A DNA stretch of 63,995 bases, counting the filler, from Thelocarpon superellum (Eukaryota), in assembly GCA_026025795.1 (NCBI GenBank). It is 8 parts of 8 records of this genome, joined end to end, with 100 filler letters (N's around TTAATTAATTAA, not from the genome) between each part and the next. Parts side by side here need not be neighbours in the genome. Positions count along the whole stretch, not along the records: positions 1 to 8,550 come from JAPEUG010000597.1; positions 8,651 to 17,190 come from JAPEUG010000598.1; 6 more parts are not named here. One strand, given 5' to 3'. Both the position numbers and the translations under genes were made by a program. Positions 1 through 11,921 of this stretch are shown piece after piece. The notes under the pieces were generated by a model. The model had not been told where the DNA came from. It made no database searches and saw only the letters and a program-made list of their open reading frames with translations. The first letter of the stretch is position 1. Every line of letters begins with the position of its first letter.

Positions 1-802
1 TCGTCTGAGCACGACCGTGCCTTGTCCCGATCGCAACTTTCCAGACCGCCCGCTCCAACATGTCAAGTTCGTCTCGTGCAGATTCTGACACAAACGCAAG
101 TACTCCTTGTTAGCTAGGTGCAGGTACCATTACTGGCACTGGTGCTGGTGAGAAAGATAAGGGCAAAGCAAGGATGGGCAGGCCCGGCCGCGACTTACGC
201 TCGGACCAGATGGTCCCATACCAGAGTAATGTGCGCAATTTCCAATCTCACGGAGCGAAACTCTCCGTTGACGGCAAGCTTAGCGCGCGAGCGAACGCCT
301 CATTGGGTCCGACACCTTGATCTGCGTGGTCGCCAACAACCCTCATTTCCCGGTCCACCCAATCACTACCACCCGAACTTTCGCTTTCGACCACAAATCT
401 CCAGGGCGAGTCCGGTGTGGCAGGGACGAGTACGGTAGGAGTCGCAGCTCCAGCACCGGTAGTATGCCTTCGCATTGAAGCAGGATCTTGAACCCACTGG
501 GGTGGAGGGTCGTTTGGTGAACCAGCACCGAACGTTTCCACGTAGCATCATCCCCTTTGCATTGTCAGTACCGCCGTCACCACCTCCCGGGCCAACGCTT
601 GTGCAACGCTGAGCGTGCTCATGAAAGCCGACCCATTCACCTTCACCACGACCCAGATCGGGCCTCTTTCAACCCGCACGTCTTGCGTGTGTTGCTTCTC
701 CTCTTCAACAACTGGCAGGCCTAGCAAGCGCAGACTCGATGATCTTTACTTCTCGCCCAATCTTGGATCGAAGTCGACCGCTGGGAGTCTTTCGACGCAA
801 CC

Positions 803-3284
803 ATGGATCAGCTGGGCCGTCCCTCCAGCTTCCTCCCTTCTATTAAATGTTCTGGTTGCAACGCCGAGATTGAAATCTCACGCATGGGGGACCACATCTG
901 CTCCGGCGCCGGCAACGGTAACGAGCTCGACCAGACCTCGCCGCACCTGGATGCTAATCGGAGGCACGTAGTCGTCGAGACCCCCAACGCCCGACCATGG
1001 GCCAGCAACGGTCCGAAGCAGCCGGCTCGTGGCCGTGACGAGCATGGCGCCGGCCTTGATTTCGATTTCGACTATCAGCCCCCGCGGCCGCCCTTTGCCC
1101 GTGGGAATGGATCACGTATGGCAATCTCCCCTCCTCTCCGCTATCACAATGCTGACCATCCCAAGGTTCACGATCGAGATCCAAGTCGCGGACCCGCGGA
1201 GAGAGCAACGGGTCGCACGGGCATGCCGGTCACGACAGTCGCGGACACCCCTTCCGAGCCCCACCCCGAAGCAATACGGCCCCTCCACTACGACCGGCTC
1301 GGCCCCCGTCTCTGGAGCTGTCGAATCTCGACTGTGCCTTCCCCCCCTTTCCCATGGCCAACTCCCCCGCACGCAGTACGCCGACCGATGCTGGTACGCC
1401 TGATTCTACCAAAGGCCATTCCTTTTTCGGAGCCGATGCCGTGCAGAAATCCACGAGCCCACGCTCCACCGGTGGAGGCAGCGTCATGTCGCGCATGAAT
1501 AACATTGTCCCCGGACCCTTCGACACGAACACCACCCAGGCGACGGAACCCGAGTCCCGGTCGCGCAGTGCCGCTGGTCATCGCCTGCCTCGTGACGCCA
1601 ACGCGGGGAGTAGAAAGGAATTCGCGAACTTTCCAAACGCCTCAGGAAGCCGCCCGCCTGTCCCGCGCCCGTCAACCTCTGGCTCCGAACGTCCCTTTGG
1701 TGCATCTGGCGCGGACAATTGGGTCACACAGAAGCCGCGCTCGCGTTCGAGGGCGCCAACTCGTGGGGCCGACACCATGTCATCCAAGTCAGACGCGTCA
1801 ACCCGTGGGAGATCGGTCGAGCCCCGGACCGACACGAGCCGAGACCAATCATTCCAAGAGTCCTTCCGTCTGGAGGATGAGGCCGAGACTTTCCCCTTCA
1901 ACAACACCTCCCCGCCTCCCTCGGAGGTCTCTTCCGTGCTTCCACTCCCTCGCTCCGACTCTCCAGAGGACATCTATCCCAGCCATCCCAACCACACCAA
2001 GCGATTCGACTCTGCCCCTCCAACCCCGGATGTCCCCTTCATGAACACCCCTCGTCCTGATACTCCCCCAAGTATCGCGTCCAACCGACACGACCCCCCC
2101 TCATCCTTCCCTGCGACCACATCGACCCCCGATCCCTTCGCCCGCAAGCCGTATGTACCTCTGAGGAGCGGGTCCGGGGGCTCTGGGCCGCACGATGATG
2201 CACCACCGAGGCCTGCTCGACCGTGGGAGCCGGTGGACTACGGGACGAAGCCCAACGCCGTCAAGGCGTCACTCGCCGCTCGGACGCAACTCGCGGATGA
2301 GTGGGGCGTGGGAAATCCATACCACACTCCAACCGAATCGCAATCATCGAACGGCTCCGGCTACGGTTCCGACGCCAAGACTGGAAGTTCCAGATCAACT
2401 CCCCCGCTCCTCGATCATCCTGAGAACCTTCATCGTCTACCACTCACCTCCGACTACCCACTCAGCCCAGCCGAAGACCGTGCGCGACCTTTCGAAGCGC
2501 CTCGCGCCGAGTTCGGCCCTGCAGTTGACGTGCGAGACTCTCCTCGAGCTGCCTCTAAACCCCAATTGCCGAAAGCAAAACGTGTGCCGACGCCGGATCT
2601 CAATGTCGACGCCTTCAATAACCTGGTAGGCCACGTCAACCCCATCAAACCCGCCTCTGCAGATAGTGTCAAGGCGCGGAGCCAGCCGTCTGCTCGACGG
2701 CCGGCACAGGCGCCTCGACGACGAGCAACGACCAGCAAGGGCACGTGCAAGGGATGTGGCGAGGGCATCATCGGCAAGTCCGTCAGTTCCGCCGATGGCC
2801 GGTTGACGGGTCGCTACCATAAGCCTTGTGAGTGCCTCGTGGGGACTTCCTGCCTGCAGACTGCTGACGACAGACCCAGGTTTTGTGTGCCGTACCTGCA
2901 AGGCGCCATTCGAGACAGCCACCTTCTATGTCATCGAGGACCACCCGTACTGCGAGCAACATTACCATCAGCTCAACAATTCCCTCTGCCAGGCTTGTGA
3001 TCGAGGGATCGAAGGGCAATACCTTGAGACGGAGCAAACGCAAAAATACCACCCGCACTGCTTCTCGTGTCAGGTAAGCCTTCTCGCGTCCGCAGGAGGA
3101 AGGCACTCTGGCTGATCGCGCTCTCTAGGACTGTGGCGGGCCCCTACGAGATGGCTATTTCGAAATGAATGGTAGAGCGTACTGCGAGACGCATGCGACC
3201 CGACGCGCCCAACAGACGGCCTTCTTAGGACCTGGGCCTCGGAATCCCGAGCGACGGACAACGCGCATGATGATGATGGTCTAA
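803..3284 (+). CDS. LIM-domain protein (paxillin-like), 5 exons
   Basis: N-terminal IKCSGC..MGDHIC zinc motif, conserved LSNLDCAFPPFP, and C-terminal LIM repeats (CKGC..YHKPC, CRTC..YCEQHYH, CQAC..YHPHCFSC..YCETHA). Introns ~918-971, 1116-1165, 2828-2879 and 3074-3128 restore the frame. Confidence 0.85.
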
Positions 3285-3303
3285 CTCCGACAATGACACC
3301 ACA

Positions 3304-3338
3304 TACCCCTCTTACCCCTCTTACCCCTCTTACCCCTC
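3304..3338. repeat. 9-mer tandem repeat (TACCCCTCT)x~4; GGGG runs on the minus strand
   Basis: Read directly: tacccctcttacccctcttacccctcttacccctc, just 3' of the LIM gene stop codon. Confidence 0.9.
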
Positions 3339-4268
3339 AACTTCTAGTTCTTTTTCATTTCTCCCGCGATCTTGCCTGGTCGCGGGTCGGGTTGACGTCG
3401 AACCGGTCCTTGTATCTCTCCATTGCGTTCCGGCAGCGGCAGCGTTGACTTTAGCGCGGTCTCTTGTGCGCCATGGTCGCATGATACCTTCCCTTCTCAA
3501 CAGTCCCTGGTGGTGACCTGCGTTGGTTTAGCCTCTTCCTCTCTCGCGATAGGGCCTTGGATACATGTGGTGCATAGATCTTGGTACTACCAATAGTAGT
3601 AGTGTATATAGACGGCCAGGAAAAGGTCGTTGCAGCCATCTCGGCCCATCTCAGCAATTGAATTCCTGCATCACGTACAGAGCGCACATCACGTGGTCCG
3701 GGCGCAGAGCTGCGTGCACAAGCAAAGAGGCCTTCAAGGAAGTCGAGGAATCTAGACAAAAAAATCGATCGTGGCAAAACAGGGGCCACGTCCGCGCGCG
3801 GAGCCAAACAGCTTCGGCCCCACCCACTGGGACATCCTAGGCGAGCCTACTGCTTCACTTCCTCTTTTTGATCTCTCATGTTTTGTTTTGATTGGAGTTT
3901 TTTTTTCTCGTAACGATTCGGTCTTGCCCTACAGTGGATTTGATTATACCTGTTATCTTCAGGCCCCGGACGCTTCCGGAGGTGGGGAGCTGACATCTCT
4001 TCGCCTTTGCTTTCCACTGCACCAGGCACCCACGAAAGGTTTTGGTAAGAAGGTAACATGTCCAGTTGCCATGGGGTTGAGGGTGAATGTAGCACCAAGG
4101 GGAGGGTGTGGGCGTGGGCGAGGGCGTAGGCGCTATGGCGCGTGGCGCGTGTCTGCGCATGCCTGATCCCGCCCAAGCGCCGTTACGCGACGACAGCCAG
4201 CGACAGCCACCCACCCCGCCAACACCACATCTTACCCTGACCATGCCCGTGACCGTCGTTCGACGAAG

Positions 4269-5218
4269 ATGGCTGCGGCACCTACGGTCGTGGACCTAAA
4301 GAAAGGCTTCCTGAGTTCGCAAATCCGTCTTCTTCATGCTCCGTTGCAGCCGCCGCGAAGGTGGCAGGAGAACCTGCCCACGCCTGCCGACGGCGATCTA
4401 CGAGGGAGCGTGGTCGGCGAGGTCTTGTACAAATGTATGTCGGAACCGGATTCTGTCGGGCTGTGTGGCGCGTGTGGCGCGTGTGGCAAGGCGAACGGAG
4501 GGGATGGTCAAAGCTGATTGTCGAGATTACCAGTGAACGTCATTGCCCAGCATCACAACAAGGCCGTATATTCGTCACAGGCCCTTCGTCATGTGGCAGA
4601 GCAGATCGACAGGCTGTACTGGGAGAGCAGCGACCCTAGCCAAGATGTTGGGGGCTATGAGGTTTTTGAGAAAGGCGTCGATTTGACCAAGGACAGGTAA
4701 GTCTCGGGCCCGCCAATCAAATCAGCGAGGGCGAACCGCGGTGCTGTCGATACTGAGAATAGCGTTCAAGCAATATCACCAACTTGCCTGATCAATGGTA
4801 CGATGACGAGGGTCAGAGCGACGACAAGCTCGAACGGTGAGATTTGGGATCCTGCCCTACCCACGGTCCTTGCAACCCGTCTCTAACGATTCCTCGGCCC
4901 AGGTACGCGGAGTTGCAAATCCGCCTTTCCGAGCTGTCCGCCCAGCGAGACGCGACACGTCGGCGACTTCAACAGTTCAAACATCTTCAGCATTCCTTAG
5001 AGCCGTTCACGGACCCACAGAAGACTGTGCAGCCGAACCTGGTGACGCGGGACGGAGAGCTGGGAATGGAATTAGATCGGACAAGGATCTTGATGGCCAG
5101 AGTCGCAGAAAAGGTGGAGCGTCTACGTGACGGCGGCGACATGTCGATGGCACGGGCGGAGAAAGCAGTCAAGCTACCGGTGAGGACAGAGGAACAAAAA
5201 CTAGCGGGATTTCTATGA
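4269..5218 (+). CDS. FTA4: Kinetochore Sim4-complex subunit Fta4 family protein
   Basis: APTVVDLKKGFLSSQIRLL, YSSQALRHVAEQIDRLYW and VQPNLVTRDGELGMELDRTRILMARV match recalled Fta4 motifs; three GT-AG introns join the ORF pieces. Confidence 0.75.
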
Positions 5219-5952
5219 CGAATTGGAAAATGAAGACATCATTGCCGTCGATCGCGTTCACGTCCCTGCTTAGAGCAACCTCAATTGGAAGGAGACGCCA
5301 ACCGACACAAGGGTACGTATCCTTGGTGGGAGGAGAGCGGACTGGATTGCTTGAGGCAGTTGCCTCCCGGATCGACGTAAAGGAAAGGACGATGAGCACG
5401 GCCACATGCCACTTTGCTCTTTTGACCATGAGGTCTCCGCCGGGCTTGATTGTCGTACCTTTTACCTTCACCATGTCCGCACTTATGGAGAGGACGGATA
5501 ACATGGCGAGCGCTGAGCTCCCAGTCATGAACACGTACCCGAAGCGGACGTGCTCGAGCTGTGGCGGGTTGGCTGTACGAAGAGCGCCCCCCCAATGCGA
5601 TATAGATCCCGAGACACCTGCGTCCCCGGACAACGTCGTCCATACGAGGACGAGTACCGTCACGGAGCAAGCCAGAGCCATCCTGCAGAGACACAACGCG
5701 GCCATCTGTCCTGTCTGTGGTGCGAACCTGCCGATGCACGATGACGATTGTACGTGCCCAGGAAAAGGAGACAGTCCGAGTACTACGAGCACGAGAGCCA
5801 AGCGGCCATACGTGCCGAAGCCTAGGCCCGTAAGGCGCCAATACGGCAGGATACGCAGACCAACTCGGCTGTCTTCATCAACCTCCAAGGCCGATCCCCT
5901 CCCCGACGCCTTCTTCAGTCTCGATGGGGAGGGCAGTACGGCCGCGCTCGAC

Positions 5953-6899
5953 ATGTCCCTCTTTCCGTCCTTCTTGACTGACCACACTGGCTCGGGTCCG
6001 ACGGCGAATCGGCAAGCCCCATCGCCCATCCACCCGCCGTACTCGCCGGTGCAACAGCAGCAGCATCACCCCGGCGGGCCCCAGCTCAACGCCCAGGCGC
6101 AGAACCAGCAACTGGCGCAGCAGCAGCAGCAGCAGCAACAAAATGGATATGGTCTTGGCCCTCCCGGTGTCCCGGGAGGTGGGGTCAATGTGTTCCCGAC
6201 CGCGGCCGGGCACCAACTAGATCTCAACCACCTCTGGGGCCAGGTGCAAGAGCTCAGCGGGGTCTTGGAACGGAATCGCGAATCCACGCAGGGCCTCGTG
6301 CGCCGCGTGGGCGAGGTCCGCAGTCGAGCCAAAGCCGCATCGGAGGCGGACGGAGACGGACAAAGCTTCAACGGCTTGCTGAGGGGCCTGCTGATCAATG
6401 GCGACGGAGAGAATGGTGCGGTCAACGAGCGGGAGCGTCAAATCTCAGGCACTGACCGCGCGTCACAGGCGTCCACCCTCCCGACCCGCACACTCGCATC
6501 CAAGAACTAGAATCCAGCAACGCGCTGCTGGAATCGGAAAACACCGACCTCGCCACCCTCGTATCCACGTACGAGAACGCGCTGGCACGCATCCTCGACC
6601 AGCTACGAATCTACGCCCACGAACACACCCTGGCGACGCTTGCCATCCACAAATCCTACACGCAGCAATTGGCGGTGGAGCGGGCCACCAATCTGGAGCT
6701 GAGGCAGGACTACTGTGAGTTCCAAGGACGCATCAGCTCTCTGGCGAGAGTAGTCCGAGAAGGATTACGATATGAAGAGGACGACGGCACCGGGCAAGCC
6801 GAAGGTCTAAAGGCTGTCGAGGCCTGGGCGGAGATCCAGAACGAGAATCGGGTTTTACGAGGCCTGGTCGGGCTGCCTGTTGATGAGGACGGCAGATAG
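5953..6899 (+). CDS. Conserved fungal coiled-coil protein, possibly a SIKE-like STRIPAK subunit (SCI1/SipB-like); may start further upstream in frame
   Basis: FPTAAGHQLDLNHLWGQVQELS, polyQ tract, intron ~6417-6468, then coiled coil ENTDLATLVSTYENALARILDQLR...ENRVLRGLVGLP. Orthology is recalled, not searched. Confidence 0.55.
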
Positions 6900-8550
6900 G
6901 ATACAACGAATGACAATTGGCGTAGATGGGGTGGGAGCCGGGCATTGTTCCTATGGGTACAAGAGACTTTGACGTCTCTGCATGATATCGTCACCTGTTA
7001 CCGGCAAATATCCTCAACATGATAATTAGTTTAGCCGGAGATGCTACACCCCAAGACCGAATGTGTTGAGACTGGCTTTCTCCCGTGTCAGGATTGGAAG
7101 TCGGCGATAACCCAGTCGACCTATGCCCACGAGATCGGTGGCGATCTCGCCGCCATTGGTGGCAGTTGATGTGCGTCAATAGTGCCCGCATGTCTATGGT
7201 ATCATGCTAGACCAATGAGCAATGGGGAAAAGTCCGTCGCTTGCGTGCCAGAATTGAGCCGGGGCATTGCAGGCGGTGAAACGCCGCGAGAGCCTGCATT
7301 TTTCACACAATGCTTCCGCGTTCCACGTCACGGTAAGTCGCCACGACGCTTGTCACGCACCCGGGCTACCCCTCCAATGGATACTTACAGGCACCCCTAC
7401 CCCCCCATGGACACCTGCACGCTCTCATCCTCCTCTCATGCCGTAGCATCGTGCACTCTACTCTGCGCTTCTGATCACTCCGGGCACGCCGACTGCTCCC
7501 AGGAAACGAATTGACCAATCCTACGCGTTCGCCTTCATTCTTCGCGGTGTGACGGCATCCAAGGTGTGACCACCTCGTCCGCGGAGGCTCCGATTGCCTC
7601 TAGTGATTGGGTGTCTGCTTGGTCGGATGGCTAGCTGCTGGAGCAAGCTCGGTCTTGCCTGGCCAATGCGCTGCCAGAGTTCGCCGAGCCGGGAAGTGCT
7701 GGGGCCGATCATGCCTAACACAACGTGCCTCATGTCCTGTCACTGTCGCAATGCCGAGCGGGGTTAGGCAAAGATACCCTTGAACCAAGCGACAGTAGAA
7801 TCGGCAGTGTGCGACGCACGCCTTCCGTCTCGTGCCGGGTGATCTTGAATCTGCTGGCCGATAAATGACTTGTTATCAGTGGCATTGCCACATCGCCGAA
7901 AGCGCAATCTGTCCTCGCCCTCGTCCTCGCCCAGGATGCCACCGGGTAACCCAAGCTGGATAGCATGCGGCACGCAATCCCAAGGAATCGCAACTGCGCG
8001 GGCCCCGCCCCTTGGTTCCCTTGGTTGGGCTGGGCCGCGTAGCCCTGGGCACGCCATGCGCACGAACCATACTAGCGGCCCAGCGCCCTACGCGGCGGAC
8101 AAGCACCGGTCGCAGTCGCCGTGTCGGAGAAGCTGCACTCCGTTCCATCTATAGTGCCAGGGAGGCGTTCAGCCAGCGGACCGCGGCCTGCTGGCCACAT
8201 CTATCCAGCCAAGGCTCGTGACGTGGCTACTGGAGGCACGCGTGCTCACTCATGATACGATCAGAACCCTGGGCATAAGCTTGCGCTTGGTGATGCTTCT
8301 GAATCTCCCTGCTTGCACGAGGATGGGATCACGGGCGATTCACGCTCCGTATTCAGGGGCCAATCAGATAGCTCCTTTGGACAGAGCTCGAGGTCCAGGA
8401 GTTGACGGCAACGTTGAGTCAGGCATACCTGACCGCTGCTTCCGAGCCACCCCCTCTAGTGTAAACTAGCCAAGCCTGTCCCACGGCCGAAGGCACACCA
8501 CAAAGTGCCGACCACGGAGGGTCGAGGGCGCGAACCGATCCCGCGGACTA

Positions 8551-8650
8551 NNNNNNNNNNNNNNNNNNNNNNNNNNNNNNNNNNNNNNNNNNNNTTAATT
8601 AATTAANNNNNNNNNNNNNNNNNNNNNNNNNNNNNNNNNNNNNNNNNNNN
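8551..8650. other. Artificial contig spacer
   Basis: N44-TTAATTAATTAA-N44 (stops in all six frames). Confidence 0.98.
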
Positions 8651-8799
8651 CGCTGGTCAATGTAGATCCCCACATGCCAAATCGACCCCGTAGCTAATCG
8701 TACACCATACCACAACGGAGTAGAGGTATCCACTTGTTGTTCAGCAGGATGCACCATGCTTTCTTCCATTGCCAAGTCACGTTTTCATGTTGCCAGGTT

Positions 8800-8877
8800 C
8801 ATATGCTCATATGTTCACGTCCTCAGATGTCCACATGTCATATGCTCGTATGTTCGCGTCCTCATATGTCCACATGT
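8800..8877. repeat. 39-nt tandem duplication of CATATG-like units downstream of the TF gene
   Basis: catatgctcatatgttcacgtcctcagatgtccacatgt followed by catatgctcgtatgttcgcgtcctcatatgtccacatgt. Confidence 0.85.
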
Positions 8878-8913
8878 CCATATGTTCATCATTCTCATAC
8901 GACATCACTTGCT

Positions 8914-11900
8914 TCACATGTTGTTGTTCCCTGGTGGTGTGTTGACGCCCATAAAGACGCCGTCTCCGCCTAGGTAGCCGTTTCCCTGCATGTCCTGGAA
9001 TGGTGGTGGGCCAGTGCCAGACGGCGCGCTGGTGGTGGGAATGGTCGTGCTGGGCGCCGAGCTGATGGAGAAATCCATGCCACCGTTGGGCCAGAATTGG
9101 TTCGTTGGGTCCAGCGACGGGTCTTGCACGTAGGAATCGAATGCGTCCTACCAGGTGTCTGGTTAGAGTGTCGTGAAAACGTGGGTAGAGTTCCCGCTCA
9201 CTCACCCAATCAAGATTGACAGGGACGTCCATGCTCGACACGCCCATGGCCGGGAAAAGTGGCGGGCCCGAGCTGATCTGTCCCAGCTGGTTGGGATGCT
9301 CGATGGCGAAGTTGGGCGAGAAGGGCGTTGCTTCCGTCATGGTGACGTTGTTGCTCGGTGTGGACGATGTGGCGCGGTCGAAGATGCTGGCCGTGTTGGG
9401 CGTCATGCCGCCGGTGCTCATTAGGCCCAGTGTCAGTGCGGCGGAATGCTCGGGTTTTGAACTGTCCCCATCAAAGGGAGCGGGGCCATCGGACATCGCC
9501 GGGGTCGAGCCTGGCACGGCAAAGGACATGGGCGTCAGAGGCGCCGCGGCCGTCGTAGCCCGGGCCGTATCGAGCTTCTCGAGCATGATGCTCAGCGTGG
9601 TATAGGCCTTGTACGCCTCGATGGAACAGTCCTTGGCTTCCCCCCAGATCTGCTTGGACGTCTCGAGCGCCTGCACCTTGGCGACTTGGGGGTCGGGCGC
9701 GTCCTCGCTCCTGGGCGAGCGCTTTCCACCTTCCTCGGCCTTGTGGTAGTATACATCAAGGCACAGGATCATGGCGGCTAGCAAAAAGTCGTGGCTCGTC
9801 ATGGACGACACGTATGACCTGATGGACCGCAGCCGGCCGCCGGGCCGCGCCTCGCGATTCAACGTGGCCTGGTGACGGAGGATCTCCATGGACGCGTTCA
9901 CGCACGCCTGTCGTGAGTGGGCGTAGCGTGGATTGACGCGAGCGCTGGTCAGAAACTTGCGGTGCAGCACACAGAGGCCCTTTTGATAGAGGAGATCCAA
10001 TCCGAACCGTTGCATGATCAGATTGGCCGGGTCCAGCCTCATCTCGTCCATAGGACGGAGCTGTAGATGCGGTGGCACTTTCGCCCGCGTCTCTTGCAGT
10101 CCTTGGTCGAGCTTCATGACGTCTTCGTAGGAATTGGCACACAGCAGATTCGTCTGCTCGATGATGCTACCAAATTGAAAGGCCATCCTGGCCTTGGCGA
10201 TCATGTAAGAGACTGGAGTCGGTTCCGTGACGGGTCTCGAGGGTGGCAATTCGGCAATGCCCTCGCCGAACTCGTCGTCGTAGATATTCCGAGGCAGTCC
10301 GGTATCGCAGTCCACCGACCGGATCATCCCTGGTAGTCCGATCTGAAAGGAAAATAGCACATCTAGCTGGCGCACAAAGGTCCAGACGCGTCGCCGCATC
10401 TCCCCCCGATAAGCGCCAATGCTGGGGAAATGTTTGGGGTCGCGATGGTAGCCCATCCGCATGGCCAGGCGCGTAATCATCCCCCCAGTGACCCACACGC
10501 CAACGTCGGAATCTCGACTTCGCGTGAACTCGCCATGGGCGTGAAGGATCAGCGTCTCGATCATGTTGGAGATGGGTTTGCAAAAGTCCTCCAGCGCCAC
10601 ACATTCAGCTGTACGCTTCCGGAAGGTGTTGGCCATCGTCATGGCCTTGCCTTTGTACTCCGGCGGTTCGTCGCCTTCGCGATGAAAGGCTTGCATCGCG
10701 AGACACAAGATGGCGAACAGCTGGCCCAGCCAGATGACAGGAGTCTTGGACGGGTCGGCCCAGTGTGCCTCGTACTACCTTTGGTCAGCGCCCTGCTCTC
10801 ATCTTGAAAGCCTTACGTCCTCGGCGGTAGTCACCTCTTTGCGAAAGGTTGGTCCGTGAATGATATCTACGCTGGGTCAGTCTCGAAAGCAATCACGAGG
10901 GTAGCAACGTGGCTCACAGATGGCAGGATCGAAGGAGTTGAAATAACGCGAGATGATCTTGTCTACGGCCGGACGGGGCGGAAGGGCCGCGAACAGCTCG
11001 GACCGCTCAGGTGGGGCAGCAGTGCTGAAGAGGATGGCCGGTCCTTTGCTTTCGTCACCATCTTGGGACGCGTTGACCTTGGCCATTTGGTCTTCGATTT
11101 GCTTCCGATGCTCCGCAAAATACGTTTTGACCTCGGTGATCTGCAGGAGCCAGCCGCGTCAGCGCACGGGCATCGGACGACAGAGGGTCTCGCGGCGAGT
11201 GGAAGTCTTACGTCGTCCATGATCGTGGCCCAATGTGCCCCGCCAAAGTACATAGACCGAGTCGCATCGACCTTCATGACACCAAAGGAGGAGGTGACAC
11301 GATCCACGTCGCTCTCGTCCTCGTCGCTCTCTTCTTTGATCATGTCATCGTCGTCGGCACCGTTGGACTGATCTGGAAGGGACCCATCGCTCTGCGTGGC
11401 TAGGGCGGCCGTGGCCGCGACCGGCCCGGCCGACTGTGCGCCATTCGTCATCAATGACAGGACCAGGCCTTCTAAACGGTCAATACGATTTTGCATCTCA
11501 TCGGAGTTGGAAGATCCATGACTTGACTGCGTCCTCTTGCGAGAGCCCGGCGCGACATAGGCGCATCCCGCCGCCTCGCCGCGCTTCAGGCAGTTTTCGC
11601 AGGGGTTGGTGCGGTTGCATTTCAGCCTACGACGAACAATTGTTAGTCGGCAGGGCCGACGGTAGGGATGGAATTGAAGACGAAGAAATTGGAGAAGGGA
11701 GAGGAGAGAGGGAGTATGATGAGAGAAGTGGCAACTGAGATGGGTTGGGCGTCGAATGAGAGCCCCGAGGGTAAGGGTCTGACTTACTTCCGGTGCCTAC
11801 ATGGGGCGCATGAGAGAGGAATCCGGTTCCTCCTCCGTACGACCCGATGCTGCGCGTCGGGAGAGCGCGGAGACGGCGCTCCGGCGCTAGATGAGGTGGT

Positions 11901-11921
11901 CGAGGGTGGTGTGGGCGTCAT
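8914..11921 (-). CDS. Zn(II)2Cys6 fungal-specific transcription factor with Fungal_trans domain
   Basis: RRRNRIPLSCAPCRHRK|LKCNRTNPCENCLKRG..C cluster, coiled coil MQNRIDRLEGLV, and middle-homology motif LAMRMGYHRDP..GEMRRRVW; several GT-AG introns. Confidence 0.93.

Noticed and set aside
3995..4010. ATCTCTTCGCCTTT resembling the U2 snRNA 5' end
   Set aside because: The branch-pairing GTGTAGTA and the rest of U2 are missing.
6900..8550. Gene-poor stretch as telomerase RNA or a short spliced gene (GTAAGT donor at 7333)
   Set aside because: No TAACCCTAA-type template or pseudoknot was evident, and the spliced product would be only ~29 aa with no recognisable motif.
8595..8606. Recurring TTAATTAATTAA as a biological repeat or CRISPR-like array
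   Set aside because: Always centred in a 100-nt N-block; it is a six-frame-stop linker.
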